Below are positions 32,009 to 41,889 of a stretch of 62,033 nucleotides of DNA, in pieces (position 1 is the stretch's first letter; every line of letters begins with the position of its first letter). The notes beneath the pieces are model-generated. The model did no database searches, was not told the DNA's origin, and saw only the letters and a list, made by a program, of their open reading frames with translations. The DNA is taken from positions 1-62,033 of the forward strand of contig JACQWT010000051.1 in assembly GCA_016209145.1 (NCBI GenBank). The letters run 5' to 3'. The position numbers and the translations under genes were made by a program. Origin of the DNA: Deltaproteobacteria bacterium. Its GTDB lineage: Bacteria; Myxococcota_A; Polyangia; Polyangiales; Polyangiaceae.

Positions 32009-33149
32009 CGCAAGGCTCGACCGGTTCAGGCCCCGGGCAGGACGCGAGCGGATTCGGATCCGGCTGTGGCTCGCCGTAGAGGGCGGCCACGGCCTCGAAA
32101 CCGATGCCAACAGAGATGGCGTTGCAGTCCTCACCGGCATCGTTGGAGATGATGTCCTTGTCCTTGTCGTAGTGGATGTCTTGGGCCTTCTCGATCGCGT
32201 CGTCGACCACGCTGCTGCCACACGGCACCTTGAGAGGACTGTGGAGCAGCATCGTCTGCACGTCGCGGAGAGCTTCCTCGATAGGTACGACGCCCGCGAT
32301 CGTGCCCTGCAGCGCGCGCGAGCGATCGTCGCTAAGGGTCATCTCGATGCGCGCGTGACGGATGGTCATGGCAAGGGGGTAGTCACCTGCCGTCAGGCGC
32401 AGACGCAGCCGGGGGAGCTCGATGGCAAGCACGTCGCCAGCTAGCGCAGCGGCAGGATCGTGGAACAGCGCGTCGTCGAGGCTCAGCGCACTGCCGCCGT
32501 CGGGTCCAGCCCCGCCGGCCCCACACGCGCCAAGCAAGCATGCCTGGTCGATCGGAAACACGTCTGAGCCGTCCAGCAAGGGCGGTGGTGCGGGCAGCGC
32601 TAGCGTGCGGTAGATGTAGGTCTGCACGTAGCCGTCACGCAACAGCTCGGGCAACGACGTGCGAAAAAGCAACGTTGTTCCCCCGTCCGGCCAAATCGCC
32701 TTGTTGACGTCGGTCGCAAACGTCGGCGCGGGACCTTTCACCAGCGGCACTATGTTGCGCGCAAGGGAGTTGTCGATCCCGTCCTCGCCGTCGAGCTTGA
32801 CGTCGGAGGGCTTGGCGCCGGGGTAGAGGGTGCAGTGATCGGGCGAGGTGATCTTGGAGTCCTTGCCGTCGAGATCCATCCCGAGCTGCTCGGCCGGCGG
32901 GCTGTCCGGGTCCTCGCTCGGGTCGCCGAGGTGCAGGCGCCACACGACCAGGTTTCCGGTGGGCTTCGCGGGCGGCAGCGCGTCGGCCGGTGCGTCCGCG
33001 CCCGCATCGCTACCGGCGTCCGCCGCGCCGCCGCTTCCGCCGGTGGTTGTCGTCGGCGGGGCCGTGCCGCTGCCCCCAACCTCGTCGTGGCAGCTTGACG
33101 CAAGCGCCAGCGCAAACGCAACGCCCAGAGCCCAGAGCCGGTAGTGCAT
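32001..33149 (-). CDS. Hypothetical lipoprotein
   Basis: 382-aa ORF with lipobox ALALASSC. The stop overlaps the Kelch gene start, consistent with an operon. Confidence 0.5.
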   Translation of the reverse strand: MHYRLWALGVAFALALASSCHDEVGGSGTAPPTTTTGGSGGAADAGSDAGADAPADALPPAKPTGNLVVWRLHLGDPSEDPDSPPAEQLGMDLDGKDSKITSPDHCTLYPGAKPSDVKLDGEDGIDNSLARNIVPLVKGPAPTFATDVNKAIWPDGGTTLLFRTSLPELLRDGYVQTYIYRTLALPAPPPLLDGSDVFPIDQACLLGACGAGGAGPDGGSALSLDDALFHDPAAALAGDVLAIELPRLRLRLTAGDYPLAMTIRHARIEMTLSDDRSRALQGTIAGVVPIEEALRDVQTMLLHSPLKVPCGSSVVDDAIEKAQDIHYDKDKDIISNDAGEDCNAISVGIGFEAVAALYGEPQPDPNPLASCPGPEPVEPCDD

Positions 33150-33239
33150 CGCCCCCTCTTGACCTGCATCCGAGGAGAAAGTCTAGCAGCCTTGGCAAGA
33201 CAGCGACATCCCTTTCGCCGCCGACGACCCGATCCTGCG

Positions 33240-33749
33240 CTACCTCCCCGTCCCCCCCCGACCCTTCCACCCCAGCACCCGCAGCGCATTCTCCGAGAAG
33301 ATCTTGCGCACGTCCGCCTGACTCAAGCCGGCGGCGCCCAGGGCACGGGCGAGGTCGGGCAAGCGCGAGGCGTCCTCCAGGCCGCCGGCCGGAGTCGCGC
33401 CGTCGAAGTCCGACCCGATGGCCACGTGGTCGATACCCGCGACGCCGACCATGTGCAGGGCGTGCCGGACGAGATCGTCAATGGTGGCGCGGCGGCTGGC
33501 GATGAACTTCGCGTGGAAGTTGAGCCCGGCGATGCCCCCCGTGCGCGCGATCGCGCGGAGCTGGTCGTCGGTCAGGTTGCGCTGGTTGCGGCACTTGGCC
33601 CGGGCGTTGGAGTGGCTCGCCACGATGGGCGCCCCCGCGGCCTCGGCGATGGGCACGAGATCGGCGAATGCCGCATCGGACATGTGGGAGGCATCCACGA
33701 GCACGCCCTGCTCGTAGATCCGCCGGCACAGCGCCTTGCCGGCCGCGGG

Positions 33750-33750
<1 letters not shown>
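33240..33750 (-). pseudogene. Duplicated 3' half of the M19 membrane-dipeptidase gene (fragment)
   Basis: About 510 bp at ~96% identity to 35637-36145. Encodes AAGKALCRRIYEQG...DFDGATP...LGWKGRGGTGR and lacks the N-terminal half of the enzyme. Confidence 0.75.
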
Positions 33751-34362
<612 letters not shown>

Positions 34363-34555
34363 AGCGCAGGGCCGTCGGTGCGGCGCGGATGATCGGCGCA
34401 CCCTCCGGGGGTGCCAAGCTGGCCACGCCCGTCGCCCCCGCGCCAAGCTCGCGCACGAGCCGGTGGGAGCCCCCGGTGGCTAGGCCAAGCAAGCGCTCGC
34501 GCGGCGGGGCAGGCATACTTGACCCAGGAGGGAACGCCCGCAAGCGGGCGGCCGC

Positions 34556-34690
34556 TCACCCCTGGCCATCGCCCCCGCCGAGCGCATCGAGTTGCGCCCA
34601 GATCGCGTCGAGATCGATGGTCAGATCCGGGCAGCCTGGCACGATCTCGATCTTGCCGCTCCCGGCACCGCGGGCGCGCACTGCGCGTGG
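34556..34690 (-). pseudogene. 3'-terminal fragment of a Uma2 endonuclease gene
   Basis: GKIEIVPGCPDLTIDLDAIWAQLDALGGGDGQG* is nearly identical to the C-terminus of the intact Uma2 gene at 21636 (GKIEGVPGCPELTIDLDAIWAQLDALGEGDGEG*). No N-terminal part is present. Confidence 0.6.
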
Positions 34691-34812
34691 GCAAACCAAC
34701 CCGCGCGCCGCAATGCGCCTCGCCCGAGAGAAGCCAGTGCGCGCACGCCCTCCGGTGCAAGAGGCGATCGGTCGCGTGGGGATCCAGGCCAGCCCCTTGT
34801 TGGCCCGGGCTC

Positions 34813-35334
34813 TCACGGGGCAAACATCTCCTGAAGAACCGTGGCAACCCGCGCGAATGTCGGCCCTGACAGTCGGCCAAGATGTCGGAGAAGACGTTCC
34901 CGATCGACGGTGCGAAGCTGGTCCGTGACGACGTGTCCGTTCCGATTCAGGAACCGGCAAGGCACGCGGAACGGGTACGGTCGGCCTCCTGTCGTTAGAG
35001 GAGCGACGATGACAGTGCGGAGATGCGCGTTGAGCTGATCCGGCGAGACCACGACACAAGGCCGCATCTTCTCGATCTCGCTCCCGCGGGTCGGATCCAG
35101 GTCGACGAGGAACACGTCCCCGCGCTGTACGCGTTCACGCCTTCTCCCAGTCGGCTCGTCAGGCGGCCGCGAGCGCGAGCGCGCCCGGAGGCCCGGGCCG
35201 CAGCGTACTCCTGTACGTGAGGACCCGGGCGGAGGACGTAAGCCGCGATCGCGGCCGACTCGGCGAGCCGTCGTTGCTGGCGCGGAAATGCCGTGAACGG
35301 CTACCCCGCGCCTGGCAGACTTCGCAGCTACCAC
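34813..35334 (-). pseudogene. mazF: MazF/PemK-family toxin gene split by a 180-bp MITE-like insertion
   Basis: Core RGDVFLVDLDPTRGSEIEKMRPCVVVSPD...VAPLTT...VVTDQLRTVD. The first nine codons (GTG 35334 ... AGG CGC) are separated from the core by the element at 35126-35305. Confidence 0.7.
35126..35305. mobile_element. MITE-like element, copy A (180 bp, terminal inverted repeats, 6-bp TSD CCGCGC)
   Basis: The ends contain CGTTCACG / CGTGAACG inverted repeats. CCGCGC is at 35120-35125 and 35306-35311. The interior is ~90% identical to the reverse complement of 53047-53225. Confidence 0.65.
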
Positions 35335-35576
35335 CGCCATTCGGCCTCGTCGAAATGAGTGGGCGTCGGAGCGTCAAGGAGCCGGTCGGCGTCCTCGGCG
35401 TGGGCCATCCGGGCGGCCTCGGCCCAGCCGCTTCGCGGCGTCTTCTGCGCAAGGATTACGATGGTGTTGCCCCGCAGCTCCAGCTCGACATCATCGGGCA
35501 AGCCCGCCAGCATGATGAGGGGCTTCGGGAGCCGGACGCCGCGGGAGTTGCCCATCCGGACGAGCCTGGTCCTCAT
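35328..35576 (-). CDS. mazE: AbrB/MazE/SpoVT-family antitoxin
   Basis: MRTRLVRMGNSRGVRLPKPLIMLAGLPDDVELELRGNTIVIL is a SpoVT/AbrB swapped-hairpin motif. Lies immediately upstream of mazF. Confidence 0.7.
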   Translation of the reverse strand: MRTRLVRMGNSRGVRLPKPLIMLAGLPDDVELELRGNTIVILAQKTPRSGWAEAARMAHAEDADRLLDAPTPTHFDEAEWRW

Positions 35577-35636
35577 ACGGAGATACAATGTACCTACGTC
35601 GGGCCGTGACGTCAAGCCCGAGGTGCACGCGCACGG

Positions 35637-36853
35637 CTACCTCCCCGTCCCCCCCCGACCCTTCCACCCCAGCACCCGCAGCGCATTGTCCGAAAAGATC
35701 TTGCGCACGTCCGCCTGGCTCAAGCCGGCGGCGCCCAGGGCGCGGGCGAGGTCGGGCAGGCGCGAGGCGTCCTCCAGGCCGCGGGCCGGAGTGGCGCCGT
35801 CGAAGTCCGACCCGATGGCCAGGTGGTCGATGCCGGCGACGCCGACCATGTGCAGGGCGTGCCGGACGAGATCGTCAATGGTGGCACGGCGGCTCGCGAT
35901 GAACTTGCCGTGGAAGTTGAGCCCGGCGATGCCCCCCGTGCGCGCGATCGCGCGGAGCTGGTCGTCGGTCAGGTTGCGCTTGTTGCGGCACTTCGCCCGC
36001 GCGTTGGAGTGGCTCGCCACGATAGGCGCCCCCGCGGCCTCGGCGATGGGCACGAGATCGGCGAATGCCGCATCGGACATATGGGAGGCGTCCACGAGCG
36101 CGCCCTGCTCGTAGATCCGCCGGCACAGCGCCTTGCCGGCCGCGGTGAGCCCGTGCCGGGCGGACCCGGTCGCCGAGGAGGAGAAGGCGTTGTCGTGGGC
36201 GTGCACGGGGCCCACGAGACGCACGCCGCGCGCGATGAAACCGTCGATCTTGGCGGGATCGGACGCGAAGGCGCGGGCTCCCTCGATGCCGAGGTACACG
36301 GCCACGGCGCCAGGGGGCGCCGGGCCTTGGCTCGCGAGGCGCAGCGAGGGGTTGGCAGCCAGGATCTTCTCGATCGTGCCCAGGACCGCCTCCGTGTCTG
36401 CCGGCCGCGGCTTGCCGCCACGCGCGTCGTCCGGGACGTAGATCGCGAACAGCACCGCGGCGTAGTGGCCGGCGCGCAGCGCCTCCGCGGTGATGTGCCC
36501 CTCCGGCAGGCTCGGGAGGCGCCCCTTGGAATGCACCTGCCAGGCCGTGTCCACGTGCAGATCGACGACCGGCACGGGCGCGTCCGGCCCAGGCTCAGGC
36601 ACCGGCACCGGCAGAGCCGGCTCGCCGGTGCCGGCCGTTGGGCCGCCGCGCGGGCCGGCCGCGGCAATCGAAGTACCGGCGGCGCTCGCCGTCACGGCGG
36701 CAGGGGCCGACCCCGAGGCCGCGCTCGGCGGCTCGGCCCTCTCCGGCCGCGCACAGCCCTGCAGGCAGAGCACGGTGCCCGGCAGCGCCAAGGCGCCGAG
36801 CACCGCGCGCCCGAGGCGGCGGTGCGATCTTCCGGCCGCGGCAGGTGCACGCA

Positions 36854-36854
<1 letters not shown>
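35637..36854 (-). CDS. Membrane dipeptidase (peptidase M19) lipoprotein
   Basis: ATG 36854 overlaps the kinase stop (GTGATG). Lipobox LCLQGC. VVDLHVDT, GPVHAHDNAF, ALVDASHMSD, ASHSNARA and GSDFDG motifs. Confidence 0.85.
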
Positions 36855-38029
<1,175 letters not shown>

Positions 38030-38137
38030 TGGGGCGCCCTTATACGACAGATCGGCACGGGCGGAACCGCCATGCGGCCCGGCGCTGGTGCTATGCTCGC
38101 CCTGACGCCGCCGGAGCGGGCGGCGCGTGAGGGCTTA

Positions 38138-39973
38138 ATGAGCAGGACAACGGCACGCGGCGGGTTTCTGCTTCTCTCGGCAGCGGGCGCCTGGGGCATG
38201 CTCGCCTGCTCGGGCAGCGAGCCAATCGCCGCCACGGGGACTACGACCGGCGGGACAGGGGGCGCGGGCGGGTGCCCCGCGGGGCTGACCGAGTGCTCCG
38301 GCAAGTGCGTGCCCACCGCGCTCGACCCGGCGCACTGCGGCGGCTGTGATCGGGCCTGCGCCCCCGGCGAGGTGTGCGCGGCGGGCCAGTGCGCCATCGA
38401 CTGCGGCGGCGGCACCACCAAGTGCGGCGGCAAGTGCGTGGACACCACCCTCGACAAGGCCCACTGCGGCGGCTGCGACAATGCCTGCGCGGTGGGCGAG
38501 CTGTGCTCCGCCGGAGGGTGCGCGCTCCAGTGCCTGGGCGGCACCACCGACTGCGGCAAGGCGTGCGTGGACACGAAGCTCGATCCGGCCAACTGTGGCG
38601 CCTGCGGCCACGGCTGCGCCCCGGGTGAGGTGTGCTCGGCCGGCCAGTGCGCCCTCGACTGCGGCGGCGGCACCACGAAATGCAGCGGCGCCTGCGTCGA
38701 TCCGGATCTCAACCCCGAGCACTGCGGCGGCTGCAACAACGCCTGCGGCGCGGGCGAGCTGTGCTCGGCCGGCCAGTGTGCGCTCCAGTGCCTGGGCGGC
38801 ACGACCAAGTGCGGCAACAAGTGCATCGACACGACCAACGACCCGGCCAACTGCGGCGGCTGCGGCGTGGCCTGCGCCAAGGGCCAGATCTGCGCGGCCG
38901 AGAAGTGCCAGTCGGAGTGCGGGCCGGGCACGACCAAGTGCGGCAACAAGTGCACCGACACCGCGCTCGATCCCGCCAACTGCGGAAGCTGCGGCGCTGC
39001 CTGCCCGGGCGGCCAGGTGTGCTCCTCCGGCCAGTGCGCGCTCCAGTGCTACGGCGGCACCGTCAAGTGCGGCAGCAAGTGCGTCGACCCGACCCTGGAT
39101 CCGGCCAACTGCGGAAGCTGCGGCAATGCCTGCCCGGGCGGCCAGTACTGCGTGGCCGGCGCCTGTCAGCTCGTCTGCCCCGGACCGCTGACCAAGTGCG
39201 GGAACAAGTGCGTCGACACGCAGACCGATCCGGCTCACTGCGGCGGCTGCGACAAGCCCTGCGGCAACAACGAGACGTGCAGCGCCGGCAAGTGCATCGG
39301 CGGGCTGTACAAGACCTGCAAGGAGATCCTCGATGCCGGCAAGTCGGTGGGCGACGGGATCTACTACATCGATCCCACCGGCGGCGACCCGGGGGACAAG
39401 TTCCAGGTGTACTGCGACATGACGCTGAGCGGCGGCGGCTGGACGCTGGTCTACTTCGTCGACGCCGCCCACTTCGACGGCACGCACGCCAACGACAAGA
39501 ATCTCAACCCCAATGCGCCTACGACGATCAACGCCCAGAAGGACTTCTGGAACGCCGAGTTGAAGCTCGGCATCGCCGAGACGCTGTTCGCCTGCACCAC
39601 GCAGAACGGAGGCGGGCCATACTGGTGGTACTACAACAAGAAGGACCCGCACACGTTCTTCGCCAACACCAGCCAGAGCTACGACTACCAGCCCTCGATG
39701 GCCAGCACCGCCCACAACGGAACGTCGGCCGGCGGCTGCATGAGCACGCACAAGGCCAATCCCTACGGCTTCGTCGTGATCGAGAAGAGCGGCTGCGGCT
39801 CGTGCGGCCAGATGCTCTACGGGATGTACCACTACGACGGCGGCGGCGGCTGCAACAGCACGAGCAACACCTACGGCAACCACGCCAGCCCCTGGGACAA
39901 CCGCAGCATCGCCTACCCGATCTGCAACGGCCAGCAGACGAGCAACGGCAAGCTCTGGGTGGGGGTGCGCTAG
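38138..39973 (+). CDS. Secreted lipoprotein with nine Cys-rich 43-aa repeats and a C-terminal fibrinogen-C-like (FReD-like) module
   Basis: ATG 38138 within ORF 36638..39973. Lipobox GMLACS. Repeats of the form CGGGTTKCGGKCVDTTLDKAHCGGCDNACAVGELCSAGGC, then CKEILDAGKSVGDGIYYIDPTGGDPGDKFQVYCDMTLSGGGWTLV. Confidence 0.65.
   Translation: MSRTTARGGFLLLSAAGAWGMLACSGSEPIAATGTTTGGTGGAGGCPAGLTECSGKCVPTALDPAHCGGCDRACAPGEVCAAGQCAIDCGGGTTKCGGKCVDTTLDKAHCGGCDNACAVGELCSAGGCALQCLGGTTDCGKACVDTKLDPANCGACGHGCAPGEVCSAGQCALDCGGGTTKCSGACVDPDLNPEHCGGCNNACGAGELCSAGQCALQCLGGTTKCGNKCIDTTNDPANCGGCGVACAKGQICAAEKCQSECGPGTTKCGNKCTDTALDPANCGSCGAACPGGQVCSSGQCALQCYGGTVKCGSKCVDPTLDPANCGSCGNACPGGQYCVAGACQLVCPGPLTKCGNKCVDTQTDPAHCGGCDKPCGNNETCSAGKCIGGLYKTCKEILDAGKSVGDGIYYIDPTGGDPGDKFQVYCDMTLSGGGWTLVYFVDAAHFDGTHANDKNLNPNAPTTINAQKDFWNAELKLGIAETLFACTTQNGGGPYWWYYNKKDPHTFFANTSQSYDYQPSMASTAHNGTSAGGCMSTHKANPYGFVVIEKSGCGSCGQMLYGMYHYDGGGGCNSTSNTYGNHASPWDNRSIAYPICNGQQTSNGKLWVGVR
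38273..39297 (+). repeat. Tandem array of ~129-bp coding repeats (about nine units, with a 258-bp super-period)
   Basis: gactgcggcggcggcaccac recurs at ~38398 and ~38656. Each unit carries the CxxxxxxC...C..C...C......C......C spacing. Confidence 0.8.
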
Positions 39974-40059
39974 CTGCCAACGGCCAGGGGCAGGCCCCGC
40001 CCGCCCGCTTCGTGCTCCCGGCCACCGGACGCCGGCGCGGCTGCTATGCTCGCTGCGCC

Positions 40060-41457
40060 ATGCTGTGTCGCCTCGCCCGCCTGCTCCTGCTGTTCGGCCT
40101 GGTCCTGCTGCTCGGCTCGCCCGCGGCCCTGGCGCAACGGCGCCCGGAGCCCGATCCCGGCCCCATCCCGGTCGGCCGCGACGATCCGAGCAGGGGCAGC
40201 CCGAACGCGCCCGTGACAGTGGTCTTCTTCGGCGACTTGCAGTGCCCCTTCTGCCGCCGGGCGGGCGGGACGCTGGACGAGCTCCAGCGCCACTACGGCG
40301 AGAGCAAGCTGCGCATCGTGTGGAAGAACTATCCGCTCCCGTTCCATCAGAAGGCCAGGCCCGCCCAGGAGGCCGGTGTGGCGGTCTTCCAGATGCGCGG
40401 CGAGCGCGCCTTCTGGCGCTACCACGCGGCAGCGCTCGAGGCGCTAGGCGCCCAGCAGGACCACGAGGGTGCGCTCGCAGCGGCGGGGGTCGCGCCAGGC
40501 CGCGTGCAACGCCTGCTCGCCTCGGGCGGGCCTGCCCGCAAGGTGGACGAGGACATGGCGCTGGGCGACAAGCTCGGCGTGCGCGGCACGCCCTGCTTCT
40601 TCGTCAATGGCGTGCGCATCTCCGGCGCCCAGCCCGCCGCGGAGCTCGAGCGGGTGGTCGACCAGCAGCTCGCCGAGGCCGCCGCGCTGCGCGGCAAGGG
40701 CGTGGCGGCCGCACGGATCTACGCGGAGCTCAGCCGCCGCAACTACGCCCCGCCCGAGGCCGCGCCGCCCCGACCGCGCGCCGCGGCCCCCGCGCCGGCC
40801 GAGGACGACGCGAAGAGCGTACACCGCGTGCCCGTCGACGGCTCGCCGGTGCTGGGCAGCCCGGCCGCCTGGGTGACGCTGGTGATGTTCCAGGACTTCC
40901 AGTGCCCCTTCTGCTCGCGCTCGACCGCCACCGTCGAGAAGCTGCGCGGCCGCTACGGCGAGAAGCTCCGCGTGGTGTTCAAGAACCACCCCCTTCCCTT
41001 CCACCAGCGCGCCGAGCCGGCCGCCCAGCTCGCTCTCGAGGTGCGGGCGCGCCAGGGCGACGCCGCCTTCTGGAAGGCCAGCGAGCGGCTTCTCGGCCAG
41101 CAGAATCGCCTGGAGGACGCCGACTTGGAGCAGGTCGCGGTCGAGCTCGGGCTGGATGGCCCCTTGGCCATGCAGGCCGTGCGTAGCCGCAAGCACGCCG
41201 CCCGCATCGAAACCGACACGAAGCTCGCGGAGGCGGTGGGGGCCATGGGTACGCCGACCTTCTTCATCAACGGCCGCAGGCTGGTCGGCGCGCGGCCCTA
41301 CGAGGACTTCAGCCGCCTCGTCGACGAGGAGATCGAGCACGCGCGCCAGCTCCTCGGCCGGGGCGTGCCCTCGACCAAGCTCTACGACGAGATCCTGAAG
41401 AGCGCGGTAGAGCGGCCCGCCGCGCGCAAGACCGATGAAGTCGCGCCCGTGCCGTAG
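40060..41457 (+). CDS. Secreted double-DsbA (thioredoxin-fold) thiol-disulfide oxidoreductase
   Basis: ATG 40060 with a signal peptide. Two DsbA-like halves each have CPFC (FFGDLQCPFCRR; FQDFQCPFCSR) and a GTP(C/T)FF(V/I)NG motif. Confidence 0.8.
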   Translation: MLCRLARLLLLFGLVLLLGSPAALAQRRPEPDPGPIPVGRDDPSRGSPNAPVTVVFFGDLQCPFCRRAGGTLDELQRHYGESKLRIVWKNYPLPFHQKARPAQEAGVAVFQMRGERAFWRYHAAALEALGAQQDHEGALAAAGVAPGRVQRLLASGGPARKVDEDMALGDKLGVRGTPCFFVNGVRISGAQPAAELERVVDQQLAEAAALRGKGVAAARIYAELSRRNYAPPEAAPPRPRAAAPAPAEDDAKSVHRVPVDGSPVLGSPAAWVTLVMFQDFQCPFCSRSTATVEKLRGRYGEKLRVVFKNHPLPFHQRAEPAAQLALEVRARQGDAAFWKASERLLGQQNRLEDADLEQVAVELGLDGPLAMQAVRSRKHAARIETDTKLAEAVGAMGTPTFFINGRRLVGARPYEDFSRLVDEEIEHARQLLGRGVPSTKLYDEILKSAVERPAARKTDEVAPVP

Positions 41458-41528
41458 CGTGCCGCGCGCGGGCGTGTCGGTTTCACCCTTGGGGTGTCTA
41501 ACCGAATTGGGGGTGCGGGCGGAAAAGC

Positions 41529-41599
41529 GAACCGCCAAGGCGCCAAGCACGCCAAGAAACCGATTATTCTCCTTGGCGACCTTGGCGTCTTGGCGGTTC
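41529..41599. repeat. 71-bp imperfect palindrome built from GCCAAG units (REP-like element, or terminator-like without a T-tract)
   Basis: Left arm GAACCGCCAAGGCGCCAAGCACGCCAAG pairs with right arm CTTGGCGACCTTGGCGTCTTGGCGGTTC. AT-rich loop accgattattc. Lies 70 nt downstream of the DsbA stop. Confidence 0.5.
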
Positions 41600-41668
41600 A
41601 TCCGGCGGCGCTCCCCGGTTCTGGTAGGCACCCTCACCCTTGAGCCGCAGGCGCAGCCCGCGCGTGGT

Positions 41669-41878
41669 ATGTTGACCTGGCCGGGCCAGGAAGCGATCCT
41701 GCTGCAGAGCTCCGAGGCGGCGATCTGCAACCACTGCGTGCTCTTCGCCTATCAGGTTTTCGACGCCGAGGGGCAGTTGCCCGTGGCCTCGCTGCACGAG
41801 AGCCCGAGCCGCATGGACGACGAGAACGACGAGCTGGCCGTGACCAGCACGCGGCTGCGCAAGGTGCCGGACAAGTAG
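41669..41878 (+). CDS. Small hypothetical protein (degenerate ClpX-type zinc-ribbon-like N-terminus)
   Basis: ATG 41669 within ORF 41435..41878. ILLQSSEAAICNHCVLFAYQVF weakly resembles ClpX ZB domains but has only two Cys. Confidence 0.25.
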   Translation: MLTWPGQEAILLQSSEAAICNHCVLFAYQVFDAEGQLPVASLHESPSRMDDENDELAVTSTRLRKVPDK

Positions 41879-41889
41879 CCCCTGTCTGG

